A stretch of 64,000 bases of DNA, taken from assembly GCF_902459465.1 (NCBI RefSeq), contig NC_047062.1, positions 30,876,001 through 30,940,000 on the forward strand, read 5' to 3'. Position numbers and translations under genes: made by a program. Each line of letters opens with the position of its first letter. Within the stretch, counting starts at the first letter, position 1. The notes beneath the pieces were generated by a model. That model searched no databases. It had not been told where the DNA came from and worked only from the letters and a program-made list of their open reading frames with translations. This DNA is from Asterias rubens. Its lineage: Eukaryota. Shown here one piece after another: positions 51,170 through 63,502 of the stretch.

Positions 51170-53994
51170 ATGGCGACTCGCAGCGTTCTTCGTGCGGCAT
51201 GCTCTATATTAATTAGAGAAATACCACCTTTTCACTCGACTCTTTTTAATTTTAATATTAATCAAAGTAGTGGAATATCCAGAGTTTTGTTGTCAAATGT
51301 GGCGAAGTTTTCAACATCTTCAACCACACGTTCGAAGTTACGAAGGGAAGGTAACTATCTCCTTGCAACTTCCATTCTTTTTTTTTGTTACTTGTTAAAA
51401 ATTAAACTGTGCAGTGTAGCAGTAGAGGGCGCATTTTGTATTTTTGTTTTTTTTACAATTTAAAGTGTGGTACTGGTATACAAAATACGATTACAATGAG
51501 TGTAATTGTAACTTACAAATAATATTAAAAGAACTAGGTTTTTTAGTCTTGGGGTTGGGTTTGTTATTGATCAAAACAAGAATATTTTAAATTAAAGACT
51601 GGGGATTGTTTGATTTTCCAGTCATCTGTCGATTCAATTCATTTAGCTACATTAGTATAGTAGAACAGTTTAACACATTTAATCTTTGAAAAGTGTGAGT
51701 CTGATTTTAGTGATTATAATACTAGTTCGCATTGATTGGCCGCCCACATTGATTGCGAAAATGCACAGCCAGCCGATAATCTACCTTCCATGTCCAGCTG
51801 TCTTGGGTGTGGGGAGGAGGAGGTGAGGGTCTGATTGACTTGGAATTTAAGAGGAGGGGACAAAATTTACCAGCAGATCTGATCATCAAGCATGTCGAGC
51901 CTCAAGGGGAGGATCAAGGGCTCTCATTCAATATTTTCACGAACTTCACGTTCTTTCTTATTTTCATTTTGTTTACAGTGACAGAAACAACTGATGGAAA
52001 TCTAACTACAGTAAGTGTTAACTAGAGCTGAAAATCTTAACCCCAAGTTACCAATTAGATGGAAAAAATCAAGGACTTTAAAAGATCAGTCTCTGTGTAT
52101 GTATATTAAAACTTTTAATAGAGAAAATGTCATTTATTTTATTATAATACCAAAGATCAATGTAACTGCAGTCAGGTCGAAGACCTTTGTTTGCGATACA
52201 CAGTCGCGAATGCGCTTTGTTTCTACGATCCCAAGATCTCAAAATGAATGAACATGGTATCAAGGCAAAATAAATCCAATCAACAATTTGTTGATTGGAC
52301 AAAACAACCAAACAAACAAACAAATAAACAAACAAACAAACAGAATACTTGTTAACCCCCAATGTCAATCTTGAAAATCTGGATTTGCTGCTGGTCATAG
52401 CTAAGTTATGAATAATCATCATTAAATTTGCATATTTTTTTTGATTTTGCAACAGATTGAAGCCGTGTATAAGGATCCCCCAAAAAACTTCTATCCAACT
52501 GAGGATCCTCATAGGGCGTGTCCAATCTGCAGTAGAAATCTACGTGTCACATACAAGGTAAGGGAATGGACTGTAGCCAAATAAGTGGTTGAGTTACCCT
52601 GTTACTGTTAAACTGATTAAAGTTCTAGTTTACATCTTGAAAGGCTAGGGTCTGCCCCCATCAACCAACTAATTCATCGCCGCTGCTCCACCTAGTCCGG
52701 TCATGTCGCTCGTCTGGCTAAAAATGCTCTAAGCACCGCCACCAACTCCAGGGGATGCCAAGCACCAGCTCCTGGCTGGAAGAGATCTAGAGGCCGCCCT
52801 CAATCATCCTGAGCCCATCAACTTAGCCAACCTAGCGAAATCGCCAGGAAATCACAGGAGATCGGCACGACGAACCCTTGCTGTCTCTGCTGTTGATTGA
52901 TTGATTGATTGACCTTGAAAGATTTTGTTTGATAGATTGATTGATTGATCTTGAAAGTTTTTATTTATTTAAAACAGTTTGATAGGAGTATTTTGTCCTT
53001 ATTTTTGATGATAGGATGTTCTCATCTTAAGTCAGTTCATCAGACCAGATGGTGGATTGCTTCCAAGGAGGATCACAGGAGTGTGTAAGAAACAGCAGAG
53101 GCTTATACAAGAGTGTGTCAAGAGAGCACATTTAGCAGGTACGTAGCTAAGCTGGATTAAAGTTTATAATTCCATGTACAGCCACAGGCCGGCTTTCACA
53201 AACCTAACTTTGTTAGGTAAGGTAGTTCTTTGTTTTGGGGTTGTTGTTTTGTTATGTAGGGTTTTTTTTTTAGAGGGGAGGGGGAAAGGTGGATTTTTGT
53301 CATTTCATTATAGGGGAGGCCCTTTCTACCTTGAACAGATTGACTTCTCATAGATCACAACGTATTTCTTATCATTTACCACAGCTTGGGTACCCGATCA
53401 CAATTTGCTCTTTACATTTACCACAGCCTTGTTACCCGATCACAATTTGCTCTTTACATTTACCACAGCCTTGTTACCCGATCACAATTTGCTCTTTTCA
53501 TTTACCACAGCCTTGTTACCCGATCACAATTTGCTCTTTACATTTACCACAGCTTGGGTACCCGATCACAATTTGCTCTTTACATTTACCACAGCCTTGT
53601 TACCCGATCACAATTTGCTCTTTTCATTTACCACAGCCTTGTTACCCGATCACAATTTGCTCTTTTCATTTACCACAGCCTTGGTACCCGATCACAATTT
53701 GCTCTTTACATTTACCACAGCCTTGTTACCCGATCACAATTTGCTCTTTACATTTACCACAGCCTTGTTACCCGATCACAATTTGCTCTTTTCATTTACC
53801 ACAGCCTTGTTACCCGATCACAATTTGCTCTTTACATTTACCACAGCCTTGGTACGTGATCACAATTTAGCAATATTTTGTTTTTTTCATTTAATCCCAC
53901 AGGCTTGTTACCCGATCACCGTCCTCCAAAGGATGCTGGGAGGATTCCGCCAGGAGTTCACATCAGACCCAAAATCAAGTTCAATCGCTTCTGA
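51170..53994 (+). CDS. MRPS18A: Mitochondrial ribosomal protein S18A (mL66); exons 51170..51350, 51979..52010, 52456..52557, 53015..53138, 53903..53994; 176 aa
   Basis: Basic Ser/Arg-rich presequence, [50 protein letters not shown] match recognised MRPS18A; phases consistent. Confidence 0.9.
53351..53868. repeat. 42-bp minisatellite, ~12 units, in MRPS18A intron 4
   Basis: Unit CCTTGTTACCCGATCACAATTTGCTCTTT(A/T)CATTTACCACAG; the AG ends at 53384 + 42n up to 53846. Confidence 0.97.
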
Positions 53995-56373
53995 TCCAAG
54001 GAACAATTATTATGTTCTATTTTTGTAAATACTGTACAGCAAATAATTGTGTGTAAAAAAACACAATTAAAATCACATTTTGAATAGAGAATATCTATCT
54101 TGGTTAACAATTGAAAAATAGTGGATGTGGAGACTTAACTTTTGTTGGTAAAGTCTGGACTTTACGGTACATACCTTTACAGTATCTGTGAAGATTTTAC
54201 CTTATCATAGGTATGTCCTTTCAGTAAGCAAGCAGTTTTGACATGTTTGAACAGCTAATTCTACTTTCTAAAACTTCACTAGTCTTTTTCAGCCTCTCTG
54301 ATTGCATTAGTTTTTGATGGAATAAAAATGGGTTTTTGTCCCACATTTAAAACAGGAAGTTTCTTCGTTGATTTCTCTCCATTATATTATAGTTACTAAG
54401 TTTGCTTTTCTGAGACTCCTTTGACTTGGTATCGAGTATGTGATTGTGGTACCCGATAGCCAAAACAGTATTGCCTGAAGTAGCGCCCTCTTGTGACATG
54501 AGATTATGGGTTAGCTAGAATTGGTACCAAGTCTTAGATATAGGCATTTTAGTCGTCCCGATAGCCGCTACAAACAGTGCCTCTTGTGATCAACCTGCAT
54601 CATTGAGCCTAGATTGGGAGTGAGGGCACGTGATGGCTAATAATGTGGGGGCGTTTTTCGTGGGTGAGATGCAGAAGAATAATTGCAATCTAGGACTTGA
54701 ATCGAGTCTATGGGTTAGTGCGCATGATAGCCAATCTTGGGGGAGGGCAATTTCCGCGGCTGATCCAGCGAAATAACCACAACCTAGCGCATGAAATCAA
54801 GTCTGAAGAATCCATGGCTTTAAAATGCATAAAATAACAAACCTTTGAAAATTTGAGCACATTTGGTCGTCGAAGTTGCGAGATATTAATGAAAGAAAAA
54901 ACACCCTTGTCAAACGAAGTTGTGTGCTTTCAGATGCTTGATTTCGAGACCTCAAATTCTAAGTCTGAGATCTCAAAATCAAATTCGTGGAAAATTACTT
55001 CTTTCTCGAAAACAACGTCACCTCAGAGGGAGCCGTTTCTCACAATGTTTTATACTCCCATTACTCGTTACCACTTAAGGTTTCATGCTAATAATTATTT
55101 TGAGTAATTACCAATAGTGTCCACTGCCTTTAAAACTTGACACACAAGAACATCACTGATAACTTGATACTTTAAAATGTTAGTTCAACTCTTGTTTATT
55201 AACACAAAAACATTTTATATGTACATGTATATAGCCAAGAAAATGTTCTCTATATAACTTTGGATAAGAATGACAGTATTGGTTAAAAAAGTCCATTACC
55301 TGTTTGTTTAATCAAGAATCTCGCCAAAGGATAATTGTTGATAAAACAACAACAGACTAGTTCATTGAAATAATAATGCCATTGAAATGTAAACACGACA
55401 GAATTATGGCAAGTAGCTACAAATTACATGTACGTGTACATGCTGCAGACATTATTTGACCATATGATTTATTATCTGTTCAACTTGTTTTGTTTTTATG
55501 GACGGAATCTTTGAATATCTTTTTTATTAAATTTAATTTTGAAGAGTTAAGTAACTTTGTAATATTAACATAGAATACAAAAACAATGTAATAAAAGTTC
55601 AAAATTAATTTAAAAAAAACCATAAATAACAGTATCTTTTGAGAGGATTGGTTGGCCATAGCCCACCGAAATTGAGGAAACCTTTCAACTATACAAATAT
55701 TGGATTCATGTCAGTGCATTGATGTAGAATATGTAGAAATCTGGACTATTATATTTCAAAAAGCAAGTGAAATGGTGATCTAGATTTCACCGAGTGATTA
55801 TATTCTGAGGCAATGCATAGATAAAATGCATTCAATATTTTTTTTTTAAACTTTCATATAAATCCTTGTCGCTTGTTTTTTTTAACCACATGAAAGAATA
55901 AATAGAGGCGTAAACTCGTCCTCCATCTATTCTAAAAAAATTTCAAAACGTCTTAATACTGTGGATGACTCCATGTAGACGCCAGTGTAAAATGATTGGC
56001 CTGATACTTCAGGGAGGCAATGGGGGCAATTGCCTCCCTGTTGTCTGGTCATTGCCTTGGTGCCCTCCAACAGTAGAAGTTTAAAACTTACAATTTCCTC
56101 TTTATCAAGGAGAAACTGCCTTGGAGCCCTTGCCCTTTCAAAAACGAACATTAAGTTCGGGAACGACGGTATGAAAAGTCCATTAGTTATCCATATTGGA
56201 TGGGTGCCTGTACAATATGAAGTTTGAAGCTTTGTCCCACGTATCAAGTGACAAGGATCTGTAACCATTCATGTTTCTTAAATGGCACCATATAAACATT
56301 TTCAAAAGTTCCCCCTAGAATTTGCTTTCATGGAAGTATTTTAGAGACTGCACAACTCAACAATATTCCTGGC

Positions 56374-59300
56374 TCACAGTAGGAACGGCAGATCTTTGTT
56401 CTTTTCACCAGTCCCGAAGTAGACATAGCCAAACTTCTGCGAGTGAGGGACGTGGTAGAATGAAAGGCCGGGCCACAGAGTACTCATGATGCAAACAAGA
56501 CCACTGCCTCTCTCAAACTTCAGACTCCATGAACCTTTAGTGGAAAAGGAATGAATAAGATTAACATCACCGTCTGAGCAGAAGTTTAAAGAGCTGCTAA
56601 TAAGCACAAAATGTAGCAAAATAACTGCCCTTAGATGGACCTGCATTTTGCTTACTGCGATGGAACCATCAGGATCAGCCAGACATTTAATGCAAAATTT
56701 CATAATGCTGTTAAGCAGAAACAACTGCTTGAGAAATTTCTTTGTAATTTTAGTGGGGCACCTGTAGAGTGGTAACCTGTTTTTGTTAATAGCAATACAT
56801 GAATTTGTATGTGCTTAGCAAGGTTTTGTGCATATTATATACTTTGAAATTGGGACCATGCCACTATGAGAAATCATATGACATATGTATAAGTGTCGTG
56901 GAACAACCTTCACTGTGACCAAACCATGCTCATGTCACCAACAATCGAAGACTGGCTGCTAAAACACACTCCTTTTTAAAAGCTGTATGCAAGCTTACAC
57001 AGGCGCTAATGAGCATTGTTTCTCGCATGGCTATCCTCGAGTGGGATTTGAACCCGCGACCCCCAATATGAATGTAAATCCTTTACCTCCTCTTGGGATA
57101 TCTTCACTGATGGGATCCAGGAAGTCAATGGACTTATCAAGGTCAGCTTTCTCAAGTAGGCTCTTCTCATTCAGACGTACAGGCTCTCTGAAGTGGAAGT
57201 AGTTGTGCAGTTTACCCGATTCTGTCACCGACAATCCTAGGGTTTAAAAAATAATGAAAAAGATCTCAATCCCTTTCTGATGAACCTTCATAACAAAGAC
57301 ATTATCAACATGGATCAAAACTAGGCTTGGTGCAAGATTTTTCTTTCTCAAAGTACCTAAAAAAGTAATGATCGTAAAAACTGCTTTGGTAAGAAGCACT
57401 GCAGCTGTTGATAATCTAGAACATTTTGAGAACAGATTCTCTTCAAAGGAATGTGGTTTCAGAGACAGGAACTCAAAAACATTTCAATCTGAGAAAATCA
57501 TCTTTTTGTGTCTCATCTTACAGGCCTGGAATCACATGCAGGCCACATAGGCCAAGGCATCCGTTGCCCTGGGCCCAATTTCATAGAGCTGCTTAAGCAC
57601 AAAATTTTGCTTAAGCAAAAAAATCCTTGCTTCGTAAAATCAGATTACCAGCTAAGACTCCACTAAATTGTTATGCCAAGTAAACAACAGCTAAATACCA
57701 GTCACAAGCAATGTATGTGGCATGAAATTTATGTGTAAAATAAGTGAACTATTTTCGTGCTTAAGCAAATTTTTTTTGCTTAAGCAGCTCTATGAAATTG
57801 GCCCCTGGTCTTGGCACCTTTCTCAATGACTTTAAGAGTTTCCAATGGAAGTGCCCTTTGCAAAATGAAAATGGCCTTGCCCTTTCAACATATTCAAAGA
57901 TGAAATTCCAGGCCTGCTCTAATTCAGCCAATGGGACACAGAACAGCTAGATATATTTGTAGACTCCTGCTTGTGTGACAACAGATATTGACACATGCGG
58001 TTGGGCATACCTTCAAAGCTGCGATTCTTGAGAACAGTTCCATGAGGCGTCTTGACGTATGACCCTCTTGGAACAATGGCAACCTCTTCATCGATGTGCG
58101 CAATAACTGAAGCGAGACGATCCTCCTCCTTAATCATGATCTGCATCAAGGAAACATGAAAGAAATTAAATGTCTTAAACATTTACTCTTCTAGAAAGTT
58201 GTCGTTTAGATCCCCTGCAAATAGCACACGCCTTGAAATAACCCACAGCACCCACAGCAATTGCCTTGGTGCTGTGTGCTTTCCTTGTGGTGCCTCGTCA
58301 CGCAAGGTACAAATTTACACTTTTCTCAAAGAGGTGCCCCTTAATGGGAGACTTTGAGGCGCTAGGTGGCAGCAGACTTACCAGGTAAATTTCTATTGTT
58401 TATGTAGTTCTGAGCATGCGCACATTACCGAGAACAATGGATTTTACCTGGTAAGTCTGCTGACACCAAGCGTCCTGAAAGTCTCTCATTACCAATGGTA
58501 CGTATCGGCAACACATGAGTAAAAATATGTTATCATTCAAATGTGAATGGATGCTCTTCATGGAGATTTCCTGGAACTGGTTGCCTGTAAAACTGCCTCA
58601 TTGCATCTAGCTCTTAGTATCACAGATGCAATAACTCAGTTAAAGACGATGGCACAATATGTCTTCCACTCTAGACTCACATTGCTCTCTTCCTCGGTTG
58701 CATCTTCTCCTTCTCCGATTCTCTTTATCTCTACATGTTCGTACTCATGAGATGGATCACCAAGGAACCTTCCTTTCACCACTGAGCACTGCTCTCGGAT
58801 GGCTTGTGTCGCTTGTGGCAGAAGTCCCCATGTGACGCAGTCGATACTGTAAAAGAAGGGTCACAGAACAAGTTTACCAAAATGTCTGTAACAATATTGC
58901 TTTTATTGAACAAAACAAAAATTATACAACTGCAAACAACAATTTAGATTTTCTGGTCGATGTTTGATATTGCCTCAATTATATGATGTTTTCCATGACA
59001 AAAGTCTACTTACTATGTTAAAGATATTTGCAAATAGTATTAGTTTTTGTGCGATTTTTCAGGTAAAACAAAAAACATTTTCTTTAAAGAATTAAAAGAC
59101 TTTATTTTAAGTTTGTCATATAGCCTAAACCTGATACAAACTTTTGATTTGTCATTACTGGTACTAGTTATAATAATAACCAACTGAATCTAATTAGTAT
59201 TAAATGTTAAATTAATTAGTGTGTCTGTCTATCTTTAAATTTGAATTTAAGTTAAAACTTAAATTGAAAAAAAGATAGACACACTGAAAACAGTGGTTAA

Positions 59301-59693
59301 TGTGGTGATCCATTCATGCGTGACTGACTGTGTTTGTTGTGTGTATAAATAATTGTAAATCTTCTGAATCTAAGTGACAACTGAATATTTTATTTGATGT
59401 TATTCTATCTTTACAGAATAAATTTCACGTCTTGGATCAATCTGTGAAGCCTATTGTCTATCGTACCTGTACAAAGTTTTCTTGTCGGCCATCTCATCAC
59501 TGCCGGTACCCTGAGCAATGAAATAATCTCCCTTGATGCCCAGAATCTTTCCCCAGAAAAACACCCGATTAAATTTGTAATGATTCCGCAGAATCACAAG
59601 GGAGCTTTGGAGCGCTGCTTTCTGCTCCGTGCTCAACAAAATACCACAGGATCCGACGTAGTCGATATTTAGATGCAAACCTTCGGCCTCCAT
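56374..59693 (-). CDS. RSPH9: Radial spoke head protein 9; exons 59693-59467, 58846-58681, 58140-58011, 57236-57087, 56534-56374; 277 aa
   Basis: FWGKILGIKGDYFIAQG, VKGRFLGDPSHEYEH, IKEEDRLASVI, YFHFREP, STLWPGLSFYH..GYVYFGTGEKNKDLPF; GT-AG introns in phase; 834 nt. Confidence 0.95.
57572..57804. mobile_element. Harbinger-like MITE with CTG TSD, nested in a CAGGCCTG element
   Basis: TIR GGCCCAATTTCATAGAGCTGCTTAAGC / GCTTAAGCAGCTCTATGAAATTGGCCC; CTG at 57569-71 and 57805-07; relative from ~63518. Confidence 0.7.
58342..58491. mobile_element. 150-bp MITE with ~48-bp imperfect TIRs
   Basis: TAATGGGAGACTTT..GCAGCAGACTTACCAGGTAAA versus TTTACCTGGTAAGTCTGCTG..AAAGTCTCTCATTA. Confidence 0.6.
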
Positions 59694-60668
59694 GATTGAA
59701 CTTGATGTATTCAGCGACTTGATAAGTGGAAAAAAAAGGTGTTTTTCTTAACTTTTCCGCGGAGGTTTTTCTACTGCTCTGTGGAGGTTGTTGTTTATGG
59801 TGTGTATTGTTGTCAAGGGCCTCGCGCACGCGCTGTGTGGTCCCTCCGCGCCGGCCGTGGAAAGGTCAACTTAATTAACTGGTTCCCTGTTATTCCATGG
59901 ACTTTCGTGCGGTGTGGAGCACCAGTGCTCACAGGTCACCGCGTTTCGTGATGTGGCAGCAGCACTGTGTGCAGTGAGATGGAACATCAGCGGGAAAGCC
60001 CCGTTTGCAATAGACTGCAAAATTAAATATTTGCCTTTATTCTTTAATTAATTAAATAGCCAGATTTAAGAGATGATTCATTAGATGCTATGGTGCATGT
60101 GTGATCAAGTTTGAGGCTAACAAGATGACGGTCCGCCGGTCCGCAGCTAGAATCAACAATGCCTGACAAACGAAATTGAGAGCAAGCAGAACAGAAGAAG
60201 AAGAGCATGCGTTTAAATCAAAAACACTAAACAGGTTGTTCAAAATCATTCATTCATAAATCATAAACAACTTTAAATTGAATTTCCCCCTGTATTCTGC
60301 TCTGTAACTTTCATTGTTGAACTTGTTGTTGTTAATGTCAATGAATGTTAATATTAATGGTTATTGTTATGTCAATTAAGTTATATTTTATTACCCGAGC
60401 CCATAGCGCTACCACCAGCAAGCCAACCAAAGTGATCAGTCACAAGCCGGACTTGTGTTGTGTTGTGTGAAAGTTCTCTTTTTTGTTGGTCTTTTTTGTT
60501 GGTCTTTTTTTAGAGGCCTATTATGTATTTCTATTAGCATTACCCTAAATGCATTAATTATCTGATTCTGCTACTTCCACTTCAGTCTTCACATGTTAAA
60601 GGCAGTTGGTTCGATATACTGATAGTGATAGAAAAGGGGTCGTTGATCAACTTAAATAGTGTTTGATT

Positions 60669-61022
60669 TAGTTGCGATAACGTAACCCTCCTCCCGCCAT
60701 CGGTTTTACATTATAGCAACTATGCTTGATTGTAATTGGCCCAACCTTTAAAGTTTTCAAATCAAGGCATTTTCTCCTAGGTACATATAAACCCTACAAG
60801 GAATTTTTGTTTGTATTTACTCAAGTGTTTCCAGGGCACCAATCATGTCAATGCAATGGAGGCAATCACCTTTGTTGCCTCCATGAAGTATCGGGCCTGA
60901 CAGCTATTCTACTTGGCTGGGTGATTATTGGAAGTCCATCAAGAAAGCAGGTCAAAAACTAGTTGCGATAACGTACCCTCCTCCCGACGGCATCGGGAGG
61001 AGGGTTACGTTATCCCAACTAG
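60669..61022. mobile_element. TIR element with three TIR copies; the last two form a 64-bp hairpin (60959..61022)
   Basis: TAGTTGCGATAACGTAACCCTCCTCCCG at 60669 and 60960; reverse complement at 60993-61022. Confidence 0.6.
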
Positions 61023-61088
61023 TCAAAATCTGTTAAAATTTATATGTTTTGGTTGATATTGTCAATTCTTTCCTCAACAGATGAAAAT

Positions 61089-63502
61089 ATGGATCCAGAG
61101 ATTTCAGTGATATTCGCAGCATCACGGCCCCCAGGAGTTCCACAGTCGAAGCTCAGGGTGAAACTGCTCGAGGAATACAACCGGAAGACTTTGCCATCAC
61201 ACGAGAGCAAAATCAAGAAAATATGGGGACTACGAACCGAACAGAATCCAAAGCTTTACAACGGATCCAAGTTTCGGTTTCACTCACTCTATACTGTCAA
61301 CAATAGCGGCGAGGTCACGTTTGGTTTAGGTATCACTGGATATAAAGACTTCATCGGGACAAACTGGGCGGATAATGCAGCTGAGCTTTTAGAGTCTGGC
61401 AGGAGAGATTTCAGTAACAGCCAGGCGTATATGTCCGATGCTTTAGGTGTGGGTGCTTTTGTGCAAACAGCAGATGATTGTGTTATTTTCATACGGAGGA
61501 GTCAGCATGTTGGTGAGGCGCAAGGACTATGGGACATTCCTGGTGGTCATCCTGAGCCAGGGGTACATACATTATCTTCTTCTAACTTCCCTGCAAAAAT
61601 TTTACCTATATGTAACTACATTAACAAAAACATCTATTTGGGAATGTGAACAAATTAGGGTTGTGCATCTTTGGTTAAACTTCCTAAAAGTTCAAACAGA
61701 ACTAGTGATTTCCATAATGATAGTGTCCAGTGATTCCAATCATTCTACATTGAGAATTGGAACGAAGCTGCAAACTTCAAGTCAGAAACCCACAGTTTGA
61801 CCTGGTGCTTTGTTTTTTTTCAGCATACCAAGCAAAATATATGAAAACAAAACATTTTGGGGATTGAATTATGTGTAAGGCACATTCCTGATCAGTGAAA
61901 GGGATTTCAGTCATTCTATCAGGATGAAAAATTACTCTTAAAAGCACTACAAATTTTGTAGCGTTGGAGTAATTCAGTTGCAGTGGTTTCACCTAATCTG
62001 CAGTTTTATTTATGAATTTTCTCCCACTTGTTTAGGAAGTCAAAGGTGGTGCAGCTAGACTCGAAGACATCGTCCTGACTGACATGACTGATCTGGATGT
62101 CAGAAATGAGCTCATCTATTCCACAATTCGTGAGATCCGAGACGAGATCAACATCCCAGAGTCGGAGTTAGAGGAGCCTTACCTAATAGGACTGGCCAAA
62201 AATAACACCAGCTCAGGACGACCAAGTGCTGAATTCTTTGTCAAGTATGTGTTGAACTTTTTCACACTTATCAGACTAAAGCACGGTTCATATTCCTGTG
62301 AATGCGGTGCAAATTTTGACATCCCAGGGCAGCTAATATTTTGCAGGAGTTGAAGCACATTTCAATTAATGAGAATTATTCGGTGCAAATTTGTGACGTC
62401 AAAATTCGTATCACATTCACATTCGAGTTTGAACCGGGCTCAAATCTAGAAGTTTGTTGAGAATAGTTTAAGAAAAACTGGGCCTTCTTTTTTGATCAAT
62501 CAAACAAATAAATCTATATAATTTTTTTTATTTTGACACCCCACCACTGAAAATTGTTTTTGAAAGCCTGTTATGATATCAAACATTTTCTGAATTTGAC
62601 TGAATTGGGTTCTACCAGCCAGCAAGAAATCTCTGATCTTTACTTAAATCCGCCCTTTGTCCATCTGCTTTTTGTTTTATCCTGGCCCGCTCTCCTTTAT
62701 ACCAAGTGTTCATATAATGTCTTTGCTATTAAAATTACTTGACAGGTGCACATTACATTCTAGCAAAGTAATGGAGTTGTACAAAGCTGGTGGTGCAGAG
62801 GCAGATGAATCAACTGGGCTGAAACTCGTCCCGCTAGCGGTAACTTTAATTTCTGTTTTTTCTTGACAAATCTGTTTCTGTTGTTTACTGAGTAGTACTG
62901 GGTTAACTTAATGGCAGTGAGTTTACTCAGTAGTACTGAGTTTACTGACTATAGTGCTAAGTCAACTCAGTATTACTGAGTTAAGTGATGAGTAGCACTG
63001 AGTGGCACTGAGTAGCACTAAATACTGATTAGCACTAAATACTGATTTTACTAACTAGTGCTGAGTTAATTTAAAAGTAGATGAGTTTACTCAGTAGCAC
63101 TGAGATCAGTTTACTGACTTGCACTGAGTTAACTGAGTAGTACTGTAGTACTGAGGTAATAGAATAGTACTATTAAGTTTACTGAGTACTGAGTTTACTG
63201 AGTGGTACTGAGTTATACTAAGTAGAACTGAGTTAACTGAGTAGCACTCAGTTAATTGAGTAGTCCATTTACCGAGTCAACTGAATAGTACTGGCTTTAC
63301 TGACTTGTACTGAGTTTACTGACTTGTACTGAGTAGTACCGAGTTTACTGAGTAGTGCCAAATTGTTATTATATAAAACCATGACATTTTATTAATCCAT
63401 TTGCAGGAGGTGATGAGCATGGAAAACACTGATATGTGGAAGAAGATGGCACCATCTGCTAAAGGATGCGTCAAGATGTATACATTAATGATAGACTCAT
63501 AA
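61089..63502 (+). CDS. NUDT22: Nudix hydrolase 22; coding exons 61089..61562, 62036..62244, 62746..62839, 63407..63502; 290 aa
   Basis: MDPEIS, YNGSKFR, GITGYKDFIGTNW, YMSDALGVGA, LWDIPGGHPEP, REIRDEINIP, NNTSSGRPSAEF, EADES, MAPSAKG match recognised NUDT22; phases consistent. Confidence 0.92.
62885..63360. repeat. Degenerate ACTGAGT/AGTACT-based low-complexity tandem repeat filling most of the NUDT22 last intron
   Basis: Recurrent 8-10 bp units such as TACTGAGTT and GAGTAGTACT. Confidence 0.85.

Noticed and set aside
53351-53868. 42-bp array as a CRISPR array, or its three open frames (53289, 53386, 53405) as a standalone gene
   Set aside because: Units are contiguous with no unique spacers, the context is eukaryotic and intronic, and the frames are open only because the unit lacks stops.
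42130-57065. tRNA genes at B-box motifs (42160, 46917, 57045)
   Set aside because: No complete cloverleaf; the motifs are embedded in SINE-like bodies.
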